A DNA stretch of 64,000 nucleotides, taken from assembly GCF_009914755.1 (NCBI RefSeq), contig NC_060926.1; one strand, 5' to 3'. Under the pieces are notes generated by a model. It did no database searches and was not told the DNA's origin. It saw nothing but the letters and a program-made list of their open reading frames with translations. Below are positions 1 to 11,589 of the stretch, piece by piece. How positions within the stretch are numbered: position 1 is the first letter of the stretch; every line of letters begins with the position of its first letter. Both the position numbers and the translations under genes were made by a program. The DNA is from the human T2T-CHM13v2.0 reference genome, Homo sapiens.

Positions 1-339
1 TCAAGTCAATCTACCTAGAAAAAATAGAGAAATTACAAAACAAAGCTGATGTGGTAGCATTGTTAAGTGCAGCATTTCATGAAATTAAACTGGTTTTGAT
101 CATGGTATTAAATAACTGGACATGGAATAAGCAAATGAAGTCAAATCATACAATGAGTGAAAAGGTTCTTTCTTTTCCAAAAATCCTTCAGTCCTTCTGA
201 TCAGGAAGAAATGCTTAATTCGGTGCTGTTAGGTCTGTAACTAGTTCCTAGTATCTCGACTTTTGTACCTTTTAAGATAGGTAGTCAAAATAGTTCTCAG
301 GTGTAGAGCACTTGCCATCATCTAGCTAGAATTTAATAA

Positions 340-548
340 CTTTTTTCCATTGTAAAAATTTTTTAATTTTACTTTCTATTTGTGGCAAACGATACTAGTT
401 TTCCTGTGTTAGTGACTTAAAGTTTTCTTTTAAAAACAAACTTAATAAAGTATAAACATGAGGCAATTTTAAAAATTACATTAAGTAAATAGTATAGTTG
501 GTATGCAACCAAAGCAGTATGGGAATGACAAAAATTAAGAAATATAGT
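340..548. mobile_element. hAT-Charlie DNA transposon fossil (MER113-like)
   Basis: tgtggcaaacgatactagttttcc...aaagttttcttttaaaa...attaagtaaatagtatagttggtatgc resembles the MER113 terminus as I recall it. Confidence 0.5.
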
Positions 549-929
549 GTTAACTTATTTCATACTAACCTAAAAAACAGTAAGGCACACTGTTTCTATC
601 ATTTGCTACACTCTTGCTTCAAAGGGACTTAGATTTCTTAATTCCACACTTTTATCCCTTTATGTATTCACCTGGACAAGCTTCACAATTTTCATTTTGT
701 TAAATCTTATCTTTCAAAACCCCACCTCTTCTGGCAGGAAATAACTCCCTATTGATGAGTGAGAAGGTTTATGAACTACCACTCTAACCTTATATTAATT
801 CCTTAATATTCGTTGTGTGTATAGACCATGGACATTTTCATAGACTGTTTTTAAATTTTTTAATTATCTTTACATATAAATATCCAGCACATAAACTCAC
901 TGAGATAGAACAATAAGTTTCATTGTGCT

Positions 930-1440
930 TTGAACCATCCTTGTATCCTCTGGCACCTATTACAATATATGGAATATAGTAGGTGCTCAATAAGCATTTG
1001 CTGTGTGACTCTCCAACTCACTGTTAATAAAGCCTCTTAGTTGCTCAACCCATACAAAACGGATCATTTTTTCATTGAGCACATCTCATTGTACTCCATA
1101 CCATGTCAGCACTTCCTCCTCTACTTTCCAGGAACTTATGATGTAATGGGGACAGGAATAGACAATGGGCAACTTCTAGGCATGATAAGGACTAGGGGAC
1201 CAGGGTTGGGGAACAACTCAGTTGGCCTAAAGGGAGTCAGGGAAGGAAGCCTTCCTTTCCTGAAGGAAGCTTCAGGAAAGAGGAGCTATTTGAAGTTGGC
1301 CTTGAAGCACATATAGAAGATTGCCGCCCGGTGAAGGTGATGGTAAGGATAGATAGGAGGTGGTGGAATGCGGAAGTTCATTCCAGGCAGAGAGAAATCA
1401 AAGTACAATGGTACAGGGTCATGGAAGGGTCAGGGCAGTT
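930..1440. mobile_element. Old L2 fragments (a + strand 3' end at ~930-1005, followed by a - strand fragment)
   Basis: tagtaggtgctcaataagcatttgctg L2 terminus, then purine-rich L2-like body. Confidence 0.5.
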
Positions 1441-2664
1441 TTGACTTAAGTATCATAAACTTTTATTTATATGTAACTGAGAAATGGCAGCTGTATAGAT
1501 TCTATTATTGCTCTACAGTTATACTGATAAATTCACATTTATGGTCTAGATTTTTGACTGGCAAAAATGAGAGCCAAGTCTAATTTTTAACAAAACTGTT
1601 TTCTGTCTTTAGATACTTTCTGTTGAATATGGAAATGGTTTAACAGCATTTTTAAAATTTTAATCATCTATTTTGTTTCCTTTTCTCTTGGAGCATTGGA
1701 TCAAAAGCAGATCATTTTACTATGGTTGAGGTCAGTTTCATTTCTTTACTTCTGCAGAGTGAGATAATATGCTGTGGTTTTAGTTTTCTCAGATGGAAAA
1801 TATACTCTTTCTCCTCTTGAGTGCACATGCACACTTTTAAAATTCACTATATTTTATTGAGAAGTTGGGAATAAATTACATAACATTATAGTCTTAACCA
1901 ATCCAAACAACTTAAAGATCAAATGCATAATTAACAGCCACTGTTAAAATCAATATTGACAGGACATAAAACAGTCCTGGAATAGAATCACCAGTGGGGG
2001 ATCTCCCTTCTCCTGAGTAATTGATTTTGCAAGCAATAGCAAATAATAAAAGCTAATAGGTACCTGGCATCTGGGGAAAGCAGCATTTTGAGAAAGCTGT
2101 TTCTAACGCTCTCTGGTTCAAGCTGTATTTTGAAGCAGAGTCAGTGTAAGAGGTGAAGTGCTGAGAGTGGGAAAACAACACAACCCATAAGGTCCATCTC
2201 ATTATCAAGATCTCTACCTCAGGGGACACTGTTGAGAGTCTTCAATGTAGTCACATTTTAAAACTGTACAAACAACGTAGAATTTGGAGAGGCGGACAAG
2301 GCCAGTGGTGGGACAATTTGCTCCAGATCATTTTGATCCTCCACTCAGAACTATGCTGACAAGTCAGAAAGCAGAGGTCTCTCCTGACAATTTTTAGCAT
2401 GTGGCTGGCCTCTTTGATTGGAGGCTAAAGTGACTGATACAGACCCAAATATCATTAGAGATGATATTTGGGCTCTAAACCTGTATTAGATCTGGGATAG
2501 CTGTGTAATCCTCTAGTCACCCTGTCAATGTCATTTATTTCCCCTGTGGAGAAACCCCACAGATGTACTATCATCTGGGCATATCTGGCTAACATCATGT
2601 TGCCTGGGGGCAGCAAGGGCAGGCTCTGGGAAGAAATACAGCTCAGCTTTAAAAGAAACTTCAT

Positions 2665-2959
2665 GGTTGGGCACCATGACTCATTCTGGTAATCCTAACA
2701 CTTGGTGAGGCAGAGGCGCGTGGACTGCTTGAGCCCAGGAGTTCCAGACCAGCCTGGGCCACATGGTGAGACCCCGTCTCTACAAAAAGTACAAAAAGTA
2801 GCTGGGCATGGTGGTACACACCTATAGTCCTAGCTACTCAGGAGGCTGAGGTGTGAGGATCCCTTGGGCTCAGGAGGTTGAAGCTGCAGTGAGCTGTGAT
2901 TGATTCCACCACTGCACTCCAGCTTGAGTGACAGAGAGAATCCCCATCTCAAATAAAAT
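2665..2959 (+). mobile_element. AluJ-type SINE with target-site duplication aaagaaacttcat (2652-2664 / 2960-2972)
   Basis: Dimeric Alu with J-type gcttgagcccaggag; TTT|AAAA L1-endonuclease site. Confidence 0.92.
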
Positions 2960-3286
2960 AAAGAAACTTCATTACACTTGGGATAAAAACTGATGTGCGA
3001 GAAGAAATATTTCCAAGAAATCTGGAATACATTAAAACTCAGGAAAGAGAGGCCATGGGATCAGTCTTCTCTGCAGGCTGGGCTGGTCCCTACTCAGTGC
3101 TCCTTTTCTGCCCTCACGTGCTTGTGTTTTGTTGTAATCCACCGTACCACTGGCTGCCAGAGAAGCTGCAGCATTATTTAGCAATGTTTTACAGAGGAGA
3201 GGGGCTAAAATGCATGACTGTAATGTCTCTAACATTAAAGAACTCTGGGAGGCTGTGGTTTTCAAGGATCATGATGAAATGAGTAC

Positions 3287-3355
3287 CTGCAATGGTGATT
3301 ACAGTAGAGAGAATCGGATGTTCTCTAGCATGAACCTTCCTGAAGACAGGTTGGC
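3287..3355 (-). CDS. SLC8A1: NCX1 cassette exon F (69 nt), GQPVFRKVHAREHPILSTVITIA
   Basis: cttttgctag|GCCAACCTG...ATTGCAG|gtactc; peptide lies in ORF 3189..3455(-). Confidence 0.96.
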
Positions 3356-3735
3356 CTAGCAAAAGGACAGGCAGAAAAATCAGCAGAATGGATTGCATTG
3401 ATTTGCTATCAGAGCTTTGTGGAATTAGTAAGCTAAACATCACACCCAGATGCACACATCACAAGCAACGTTAGTTTGGGGATTCAATGATCATAGGTCA
3501 CCCCTAGGTAGGTCACAGAAGGGAGCTCTGGTGGAAGTTACTGATGGAGATCACTGCTCAGAGATGAGCGAGTATTTCATGAGCCAAACAAGACTGTGTC
3601 AACAAACCACAAGCCCCATGGTAGTGAGTACAGCCAGATTCCTACAGGTATCTTAAATGATGTGTCAAGGTCCTTCAAGGTACCGCTTGCAGAAGCATCA
3701 TGGAACAACAAAAGGTATAGTGGCAGGTGTCGTGG

Positions 3736-3809
3736 TTGGCAAGCCAGTCTTCATGACTGAATTGAAGTAATAATGTTTTTAAGTCAACCATTATAGAAAT
3801 AGTGTACTA
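3736..3809. repeat. Left arm of a perfect 74-bp inverted repeat (partner 6100-6173)
   Basis: Exact reverse complement of 6100-6173 by manual comparison. Confidence 0.95.
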
Positions 3810-4084
3810 GTGATTGGGAAGCCTATTAGTGCCAACAATATAGCCTTGTGTAGGCCATTTCTCCAGTTTCTCCCCATGTAAAATGGTGATAATAGTACCT
3901 GCTCTGTCTAAGACAGGCAGAATGTTATGTACGCCTGTAGGTTTTGCAGAGGTAGGCCATCGTCACAGCAACTGTTTGGATAACCTAGGGTTAACCTAGG
4001 CCTAGGGGGTTCTCATTGAACTCCTGGTTCAGCTGACTTCCAGATTCACTTGCTATTTGCCTCTACCAAGAGCTACCCATAACT

Positions 4085-4205
4085 GACCTGGGAGTCATGA
4101 GATTTGGGATTCAGTGCCACCTCTGCCATATGCTTGTCATCTAAACTTGGGCAAGGTCTTTCTCCTCTCTGACTCTCAGGCTTCTCAGTTATAAAGTGAA
4201 GCTGA
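4085..4205 (+). mobile_element. MIR fragment
   Basis: ctgggagtcatgagatttgggattc...cttgggcaag...ctctctgactctcaggcttctc MIR core. Confidence 0.55.
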
Positions 4206-5666
4206 ATTTGAACAGGCTTTGTTCCTCCAGCCTACAGACTGAAGTGATGAAAACATTTTCAACTGTCAGAATTTTCATAGTTTGGCTTCCTTAAAAAGTC
4301 TTGTGTCTTATTAAGTCTATTATGTGCTGAGCATAATAGGATTAGAGGAGTAATATTAAATAGGTATACTGACTGATTTTTAATTAGAGAACTCTATATC
4401 TTAGAAGTTTTGGGGATCAAACTTACATTCTTCTCTCCATAGTGAGCCAGAATACTTAATTTATTAAATTATTCATGTTTATATGGTCCAGTTTCCCCAT
4501 TCTGGGGTACTTCTCACTTTTCACTTAACTGGAAGTCATAATGATGGAATTTATTAGATACATGTGGGTTTTGAGTAGAAAAGGGGTTCAATGTATAATT
4601 TCAAGATGCAGGTAGAAATAAGCTAGAGGAGAGGAAACAGGACAGTGCTGGGATTAGAACAGTCATCATTAATTTCTTCAAACCTTCATTTCCTCCCCTA
4701 TGTGTGAGAACAATGTCTTACTCTATAAGATTGGTGATAAAGTGATATGATGAAAAAGAAATATTTACAAACTCTAATGAGTTATAATATTTAGAGTGTT
4801 ACCTTGTCGTATGACTGGAAGGTCAAGGGGGAATGAGATCATAGGCCCAAACAAGGGCCTTTCAATGAGGCAAGGTCTGGGAACAATAGGTAAAGATCTG
4901 CAGATTCCAAAAGCACCTCCAACACTTAATGTCCATCACTAATGAGATCTCTGAAATATTGGTATTAGGCTGTGGATCAGACGATTTTTTCAATTTCCAT
5001 ATATTCTGCTTCAAATTTAGATTTTCACACTCAGCTGCGCAAGTCCATGTAAAAGCTGCAGGCAAAGTCCCAGGGCTAGATTAATTCTTCTTACTGCCCC
5101 TGCATCTCAAAGCCTTGACTTCAAAGCCTCCAACTGACTTCCAAGAAAAAAAGTTCTTTAGGGCTTGAAGCTGCTTTTCGCTGTAGACCTAAGTTTTAGA
5201 ACTGTCCTCAGGAGCATCAGTAGAGAGTGGCTCCTAGGCATTCTGGTTTGATTTAGGAAAAGAAGGGTCATGTAAAGTGAGACGATTTCTTAGAAAGTAG
5301 GAATGGACAGGCCAGTGTAGAAATTCCCAAGTTTTGGAACATTCTCTTGTTCTAACTGCATTAACTTCAAGTCTTAGGAAGAGGTGATGGTAATAGGAAA
5401 CTGCCATTTCAGATTACAGTTTCAGCCATAGGAAGAACTTAATGAACTAACTACATGAAATGATAGAAACCTTTGTAGGAGGTGATTCTGTCATCTTGGA
5501 TGCCAGTTGTGGCCGAGGCAGGAAAAGTTGGATATTATCAGACAGATATTATAGAATTTGATGTAAAGAAGTTCTGAGAAAAGAAAACTAGGATCCCATT
5601 ACCTGAGATATTAAAAGGGAGGACAGTTCAAATGACATAGAAGGAAGGCCCTTAAAACAAAATTTG

Positions 5667-6173
<507 letters not shown>

Positions 6174-6722
6174 ATTTATACCTTCTTCAAATCTCCCGGG
6201 GATAACTCATTTATCCTTGGGTGATAGAATTAGAGTGTTTACAAGGGGACTTCAAGCAGTTAAAATGATGGAATGAGAAAAAGGAGATAAAAGTTTAAAA
6301 AAAGGAGTATAAATTCCTGCACTTGATTTAAAAAATAACCTTTAGTAGTGCACAATTGGGGACATCTGACCCAGAAGAGCTTCAGATGAATCAGATTTAA
6401 GAAATCCAACACAAAGACTTGTCCTGTTTAACATTCTTATCCCTTTCAACTTCTGTGTGTCTCAGAGTCTATGAATCATTTTGTCATTAAATGCCATGTC
6501 TAGAGAGAAGCAGTGGAGAGCAACAGCCCATGTGAAACGGCCCACATGAAACTGCACATATTTAGAAAATTCTACTTCGGACAGAATCACATTGGAATTG
6601 CTTGTTCATGAGTTTACACTAACAGTGGATTAAGTTCATCCCAATTCCCAACATAGTATTTTCATGATCAGAAATTTGAAGTATATTTTCTTCTAAATAT
6701 TTTTGTTCAGATCTCTGATTTC

Positions 6723-6780
6723 AAAATTTTGATATCTGCACAATATATTGGAAAATTTTGATATTGGCACAATATATTGG
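6723..6780. repeat. Tandem duplication, 2 x 29 bp
   Basis: aaaattttgatatctgcacaatatattgg / aaaattttgatattggcacaatatattgg. Confidence 0.9.
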
Positions 6781-7711
6781 AAGATGTCACATACTGATAT
6801 AGAATGTAGGCCATTAAAGATATCTTCAACCTACAGCTTCAGACAGACCTACTGTTTAAATATTTATCTCTCTAAATGTGCACAGATGACTCTAAAAGGG
6901 TGAGAAGATATTTAGAGACAACAGAGGATGCTGTAAGGAAATATCTTTGTTTTGTACACAAGAATATAGTTTTAGAGTTGTGCTAAATAATGCAATCAAC
7001 ACAGGCTGAGTACCATTCTAAATTTAAATGTTTGAAACTTTTTAATTTTGACATTTTGAGTTTTTATAGAATACTTTGTAATATGCTTCAAGTGGCAGAA
7101 ATATTACTCATTACCATGTTATTAATACTAAAACCTAAGTCCCCAGAGAAACCCTCAGATTGGTGTGGTGGGATGAGGGGAAGGCTCTGCTCAACATGAT
7201 ATTATATTATGTATTATAAATTATATATTTACATACATAATTTATGAATTAAAATTTATGTGTTAAAGTGGTGTATTTTTACGTATTTTCTCAACATGTA
7301 TTTTTATGTATTTTCTCAATATGGCATTTATGTGTTATTAGGATCCTGAGCTTGGACCACGGATCTATCTTGGATGTCAGCTTCTATGTTTCTCTGAGGC
7401 TAGCAATTGTGTCACCTTATTCTAGAGCTCTTTGGAGCCTCTATCAGGGAACTGTACATCATTAGCACTATGTGAACATTTGTAAATTGGTCAGTGTCAA
7501 AATATGAACAGTTACAGTTTTTCCATATGAACAGCTTATAAACACAACACACACACATTATTAATTTGTAAAACGTTAAATGTGTAAAACCAGCAAGAGC
7601 ACACCATGTGCCACAGTTAAATATTAATGCAAGTTACATAAGATGTAGGTTTGGATTGATGGTTAAGGGTATTTGGGGAAAAATAAGGAACATTAAAAAA
7701 ATAAGTCTTAC

Positions 7712-7726
7712 CAAACAGGTATTTTC
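7712..7726 (-). CDS. SLC8A1: NCX1 cassette microexon E (15 nt), GKYLF
   Basis: ttttaatgaag|GAAAATACCTGTTTG|gtaaga; phase 1-1; only 104 nt downstream of exon D. Confidence 0.93.
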
Positions 7727-7830
7727 CTTCATTAAAAGCAAATAAAAATGAGAAATTTTTTTTAATGTAATAACATCTGGTGAGAACAGACAGTAAAAGT
7801 TAGATAGCATTAGACTTGAAAAATTCATAC

Positions 7831-7848
7831 CTGTTATTGTGAAGCCAC
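7831..7848 (-). CDS. SLC8A1: NCX1 cassette microexon D (18 nt), GGFTIT
   Basis: tttcttttttag|GTGGCTTCACAATAACAG|gtatga; phase 1-1. Confidence 0.95.
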
Positions 7849-8266
7849 CTAAAAAAGAAAAAAACAACAACAAATGTTATAATTTGACACTCTACATAAC
7901 AAATACCAGTGACATCAGACTGCCTGACAACCCACCCAAGGTACTTGCCAAATTATATTTACAATTAAGAAGACTAGGAAAATGTTCATGACTGAATCAC
8001 TAATCGTTCTTTTAAGATTATGAGATTTAATGCACAAATTTAATTCTTGTGCATACCTAAGAAATCACCGATTTTTCAAAAGGTTGTACTAAATTAAAAA
8101 TGCAATATAAACTATTTGACCTTGACAAAATGAGGTCAATAGCCCTAAACAACAATCTTGCTAGCAAGTCAAGAGAAATAAAAGTCACAGAGCTACTGTA
8201 TCACCTGACGGAAATGGAAAATAATCTAGAAAAATGGAAAGGAAATGCAAGAAATGAAATGCTTAC

Positions 8267-8287
8267 CAAGCTCATTCAATAACAGGG
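8267..8287 (-). CDS. SLC8A1: NCX1 cassette microexon C (21 nt), ALLLNEL
   Basis: ttcacag|CCCTGTTATTGAATGAGCTTG|gtaagc; phase 1-1. Confidence 0.95.
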
Positions 8288-8512
8288 CTGTGAAGGAAAC
8301 AGACAAAGACAAACACAGAATAAGAGACCAGATGAATAATGAAAGTAAGAGGAATATCAGCAGAAAGAAATCCAGGCAGATCTGATTACAGTGGTAGGGA
8401 GCCACTGCTAAAAATGGGTATACCCCAAAGAAATATAGTGATGGGAATATTTCTGAATAAACAATCCCAACTGAAATTTCTGAAAATGTGTGTGATTGAA
8501 TACATACGTATA

Positions 8513-8533
8513 TGTGTGTGTGTGTGTGTGTGT
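8513..8533. repeat. (TG)n microsatellite
   Basis: About 10 TG units. Confidence 0.85.
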
Positions 8534-10760
8534 ATATGTATTTCACCTTATATATAATTTCTTTACATTTAATAAGACATTGCTAGTATATATGTTTATA
8601 CCTAGTATGTAAATCTAGTTTACCAAATACAGTGGAAACATTGTATGAAATTCATTCTTAACTTGATATGAGTGAGGCTTCCTCATTAAATATTGCCTCG
8701 GATTTGGTCAATCCAACATATGGAAGTCTTAAATCACCCAGGAACTCAGGTATCACACCTTTTATTCAGTAAGTACAGGTGAAACATCCTGGGACATTCC
8801 ATTTTGGGTTCCCTGCCTGGAAAGAAAGTTTAGCCCAAGGTAAAGCACTATCTTGGGATGTTCTATTTGGATGATATTTTGTCCACCAAGAATTGCTTAT
8901 GTTTTAAAATCCTTAAAGCTTAATAGTCCCAGGAATTAACACCTACTTGTGTCCTTATCTGTGACTTCTGTACGTTATTAGATAACCAGAATCCTTCTAG
9001 TGGACATATCATCCCAGGAAACTGACAGGGCATTGGGTTGGGGGGAGGGGGACGTATAATTTGTCTTTCAGCTTATGTGCTTTAAGCCCAGAATGTACTG
9101 TAGCACTTTATTTTAGTAAAAGCAACCTTGCTAAATATATCAAATTATTTCCTGAGTTGAAGACGGGAATGTTACAGTTACTTTTTTGGGCCCAGTTTTC
9201 TCTCTAATGATGGTGGCATTAGAGGATACTTTCTAAAAAAAGTCAGTAATTTATTAATAGTGACAAGAATCCACTTGGCGGGTGTGAAACTGGATAGTGC
9301 TATTAAGGAATTTTAATTTGCTGTTACATGAGAGCATATTTTACTAAAACGGCAATTGTAAGAGCAGAATCCAAGATGCTCCTCCTTGAGATAAAGTTCT
9401 TTGGAGGAATACATTGAGAAGAAAGTGCTTTCTCCTGTATGTTAATGAGGCATTTTGGATCCCATCTTTTAAGAAATCAGCATAATTTTCTGGTCTCTTT
9501 TTCTTCTGTCTACCATCTATGGAGCATATTAAATAGGCTTCATTAAAATAGGCCTTGAGTGCTCCTTTTCCCATCACTCCAAATACTCCAAATACTCCAT
9601 CTTGAACTTGATTAACACAGAAACATATGTGTTTTTTCCCCACCAGCGGACTGTGAGGCCACAAACATGGGACGAACGTGGGATAAATTTTCCTATGTGT
9701 CTACATAGCAATTAGTCCTATATATTTTATTTTTCCCTCTACTTGTAAAAGCATAAATTTCTTACAAAGTGGCCCATCTCATTATATCATACTGCTCTCA
9801 CCAATTGTTTGTATGCAACTAATAAGAGCTATTAATATGTGGTCTGCTCATTTTACACAATAAGTAAATCACCAGAATTCCTTTTAAAATGGCCACCATT
9901 AGAGGATAATTATATGAAGCCCTATGAACAATTCAGAATAAAAAATCCTCTGTAAAGCTGATACAAGATTGCTGTCTTTCCTATGAAATATATGCCATAT
10001 ATTAATAATCAGCAGAATCGGCATAATCTAGTTATAAAGGACACTACTTTTATTTTTTCTTTTTTTATATGTGTTAATAATTTACTAATTCTGTAATTAT
10101 CAAGAGATTTTGGAGCATAAAGCTAGGTAGGCTTTGGTTTCATAGATATGGTGCCTTTTAAATGTTGTATTTGATGATATAAAAATATGCTAAAATGAGC
10201 ACTAGAATATTGAAAATACTACTCTTTAAGGATCTTTGTTCTTATTAAATATTTTTAAACTGTGTTCTCCAAAGAAGCCTAATTATTTGAATTCTGAAGT
10301 TTCCTGTTAGTTGCCATTAGGGTCATCTACTAATACTAATAGGTATTAAGCAGTTTCTTTTTTCCAGCTTTATTGAGGTATGATTGATGAGGTATTAAGT
10401 CGTCTTTATCACTAAAATTTTAGGGAAGATTTAATAATTGGAGTGACATTTTAGAATAAACCGTGAGTAGTGAAAAACTAAACACATTCTTTTATGTAAT
10501 CATTTCTGAATTACAGAAATCCCTTTCAGTGTTATTAAATCTGGTTGCAATCAAGGTTAGTTGGCATTTCCTGAAGAAAGTGGGCGTTGCCTGTTGCACT
10601 TGTGAATTAGGGAAGGGAAATGAAATTGCTAAAGCTTCAAAGGCAATGAAGTATAGTACTTGGAAGCCGAGGAAGAGGAGAGAGTTAAGTGTGAGAGTAG
10701 GGAGACATGGAGAGAGAAGAGTACAATTTCTCGCTGGTATGTCTTTGTTTACTCTCACAC

Positions 10761-10864
10761 CTTTCATTCCTCTTCTTATCCATTTTGGTTCCTCAAGCAC
10801 AAGGGAGAAACTGCACTCTTTCTCATATTCCTCACGGTCAAATATTCTAATGGTAATGATCTTC
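10761..10864 (-). CDS. SLC8A1: NCX1 mutually exclusive exon B (104 nt; kidney/non-excitable type), KIITIRIFDREEYEKECSFSLVLEEPKWIRRGMK
   Basis: Minus strand ttcccacag|GAAGATCATT...ATGAAAG|gtgtga. Peptide lies in ORF 10492..10908(-) and is paralogous to exon A (DxEEYEK motif). Confidence 0.97.
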
Positions 10865-11395
10865 CTGTGGGAACACAAGACAAAGGCAAAACAAATGGTT
10901 GGAGTCACACGCTCATGCTCTTGGTGTCCACCAAGCTGAATGTTACTGTGATGTTATGGAGGGAGAACTGGCAGCACATGGGCCTCCTGAAGTATGTAAA
11001 AGGGCATCTTGGGTACTCTTGGCTGGCCCCCATTAAGTTTTCTTTGCTAATTTATCACTTTCACGAATTATTCCCGCTTCAGTTAGCAGTCAGTAGGTAC
11101 CCCATTTTGGGGTATTTTGGCATGGCATTGCATGGCATCTGCAGCAACTTTCCCAGAAATGGATGCTTGATTGACTGCCCTGAAAATTAATCTCTCAGAC
11201 GTTAATGTGCAGCGCACCTAACGCTGGCTGATGTAGCTACAGGCCTGCCTACTGTGGCTCAGCATGAGATCTGTGCCCTGTTACATAGGTGGAGGGATGT
11301 GTGCATTGTAAGTCATGTTCTGAAGAGTGCAGGCATCCAGGGGTGGCACAGGCCAGCAGAAGCTGTTGGGCTCAGCCCTGGAGCAGCTCCCCCAC

Positions 11396-11502
11396 CTTTC
11401 TTCTCACTCATCTCCACCAGGCGGGGCTCTCCAATCTCAAGGAAGAAGGTCTTGTTTTTCTCATACTCCTCATCATCAATTACCTTGACTGATATTGTTT
11501 TG
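11396..11502 (-). CDS. SLC8A1: NCX1 mutually exclusive exon A (107 nt; heart/brain/muscle type), KTISVKVIDDEEYEKNKTFFLEIGEPRLVEMSEKK
   Basis: Minus strand tgtttcag|CAAAACAATATCA...AAGAAAG|gtgggg. Peptide lies in ORF 11313..11579(-) and matches NCX1 exon A; phase 2 to phase 1. Confidence 0.97.
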
Positions 11503-11589
11503 CTGAAACAGAGAATAGAAATTGACGAACAAGGGGAAGAGGAAAGAGAAGAGAAGGAACATAGAGAAGAGGAAAGCAAGGTTAACCAG
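11503..11589 (-). promoter_or_regulatory. Extended CU-rich polypyrimidine tract / AG-exclusion zone with a candidate distant branch point (ggttaAc, A at 11582) for exon A
   Basis: No AG on the minus strand between the acceptor and 11589; multiple UCUU/CUCU motifs. Confidence 0.7.

Noticed and set aside
5596-5622. Recursive-splice-like ctcag|gtaat on the minus strand
   Set aside because: Modest polypyrimidine tract in a short (4.4 kb) intron, with no supporting evidence.
9035-9051. G-quadruplex-like G runs (also ~29100 and ~61850)
   Set aside because: Short, common motifs with no contextual support.
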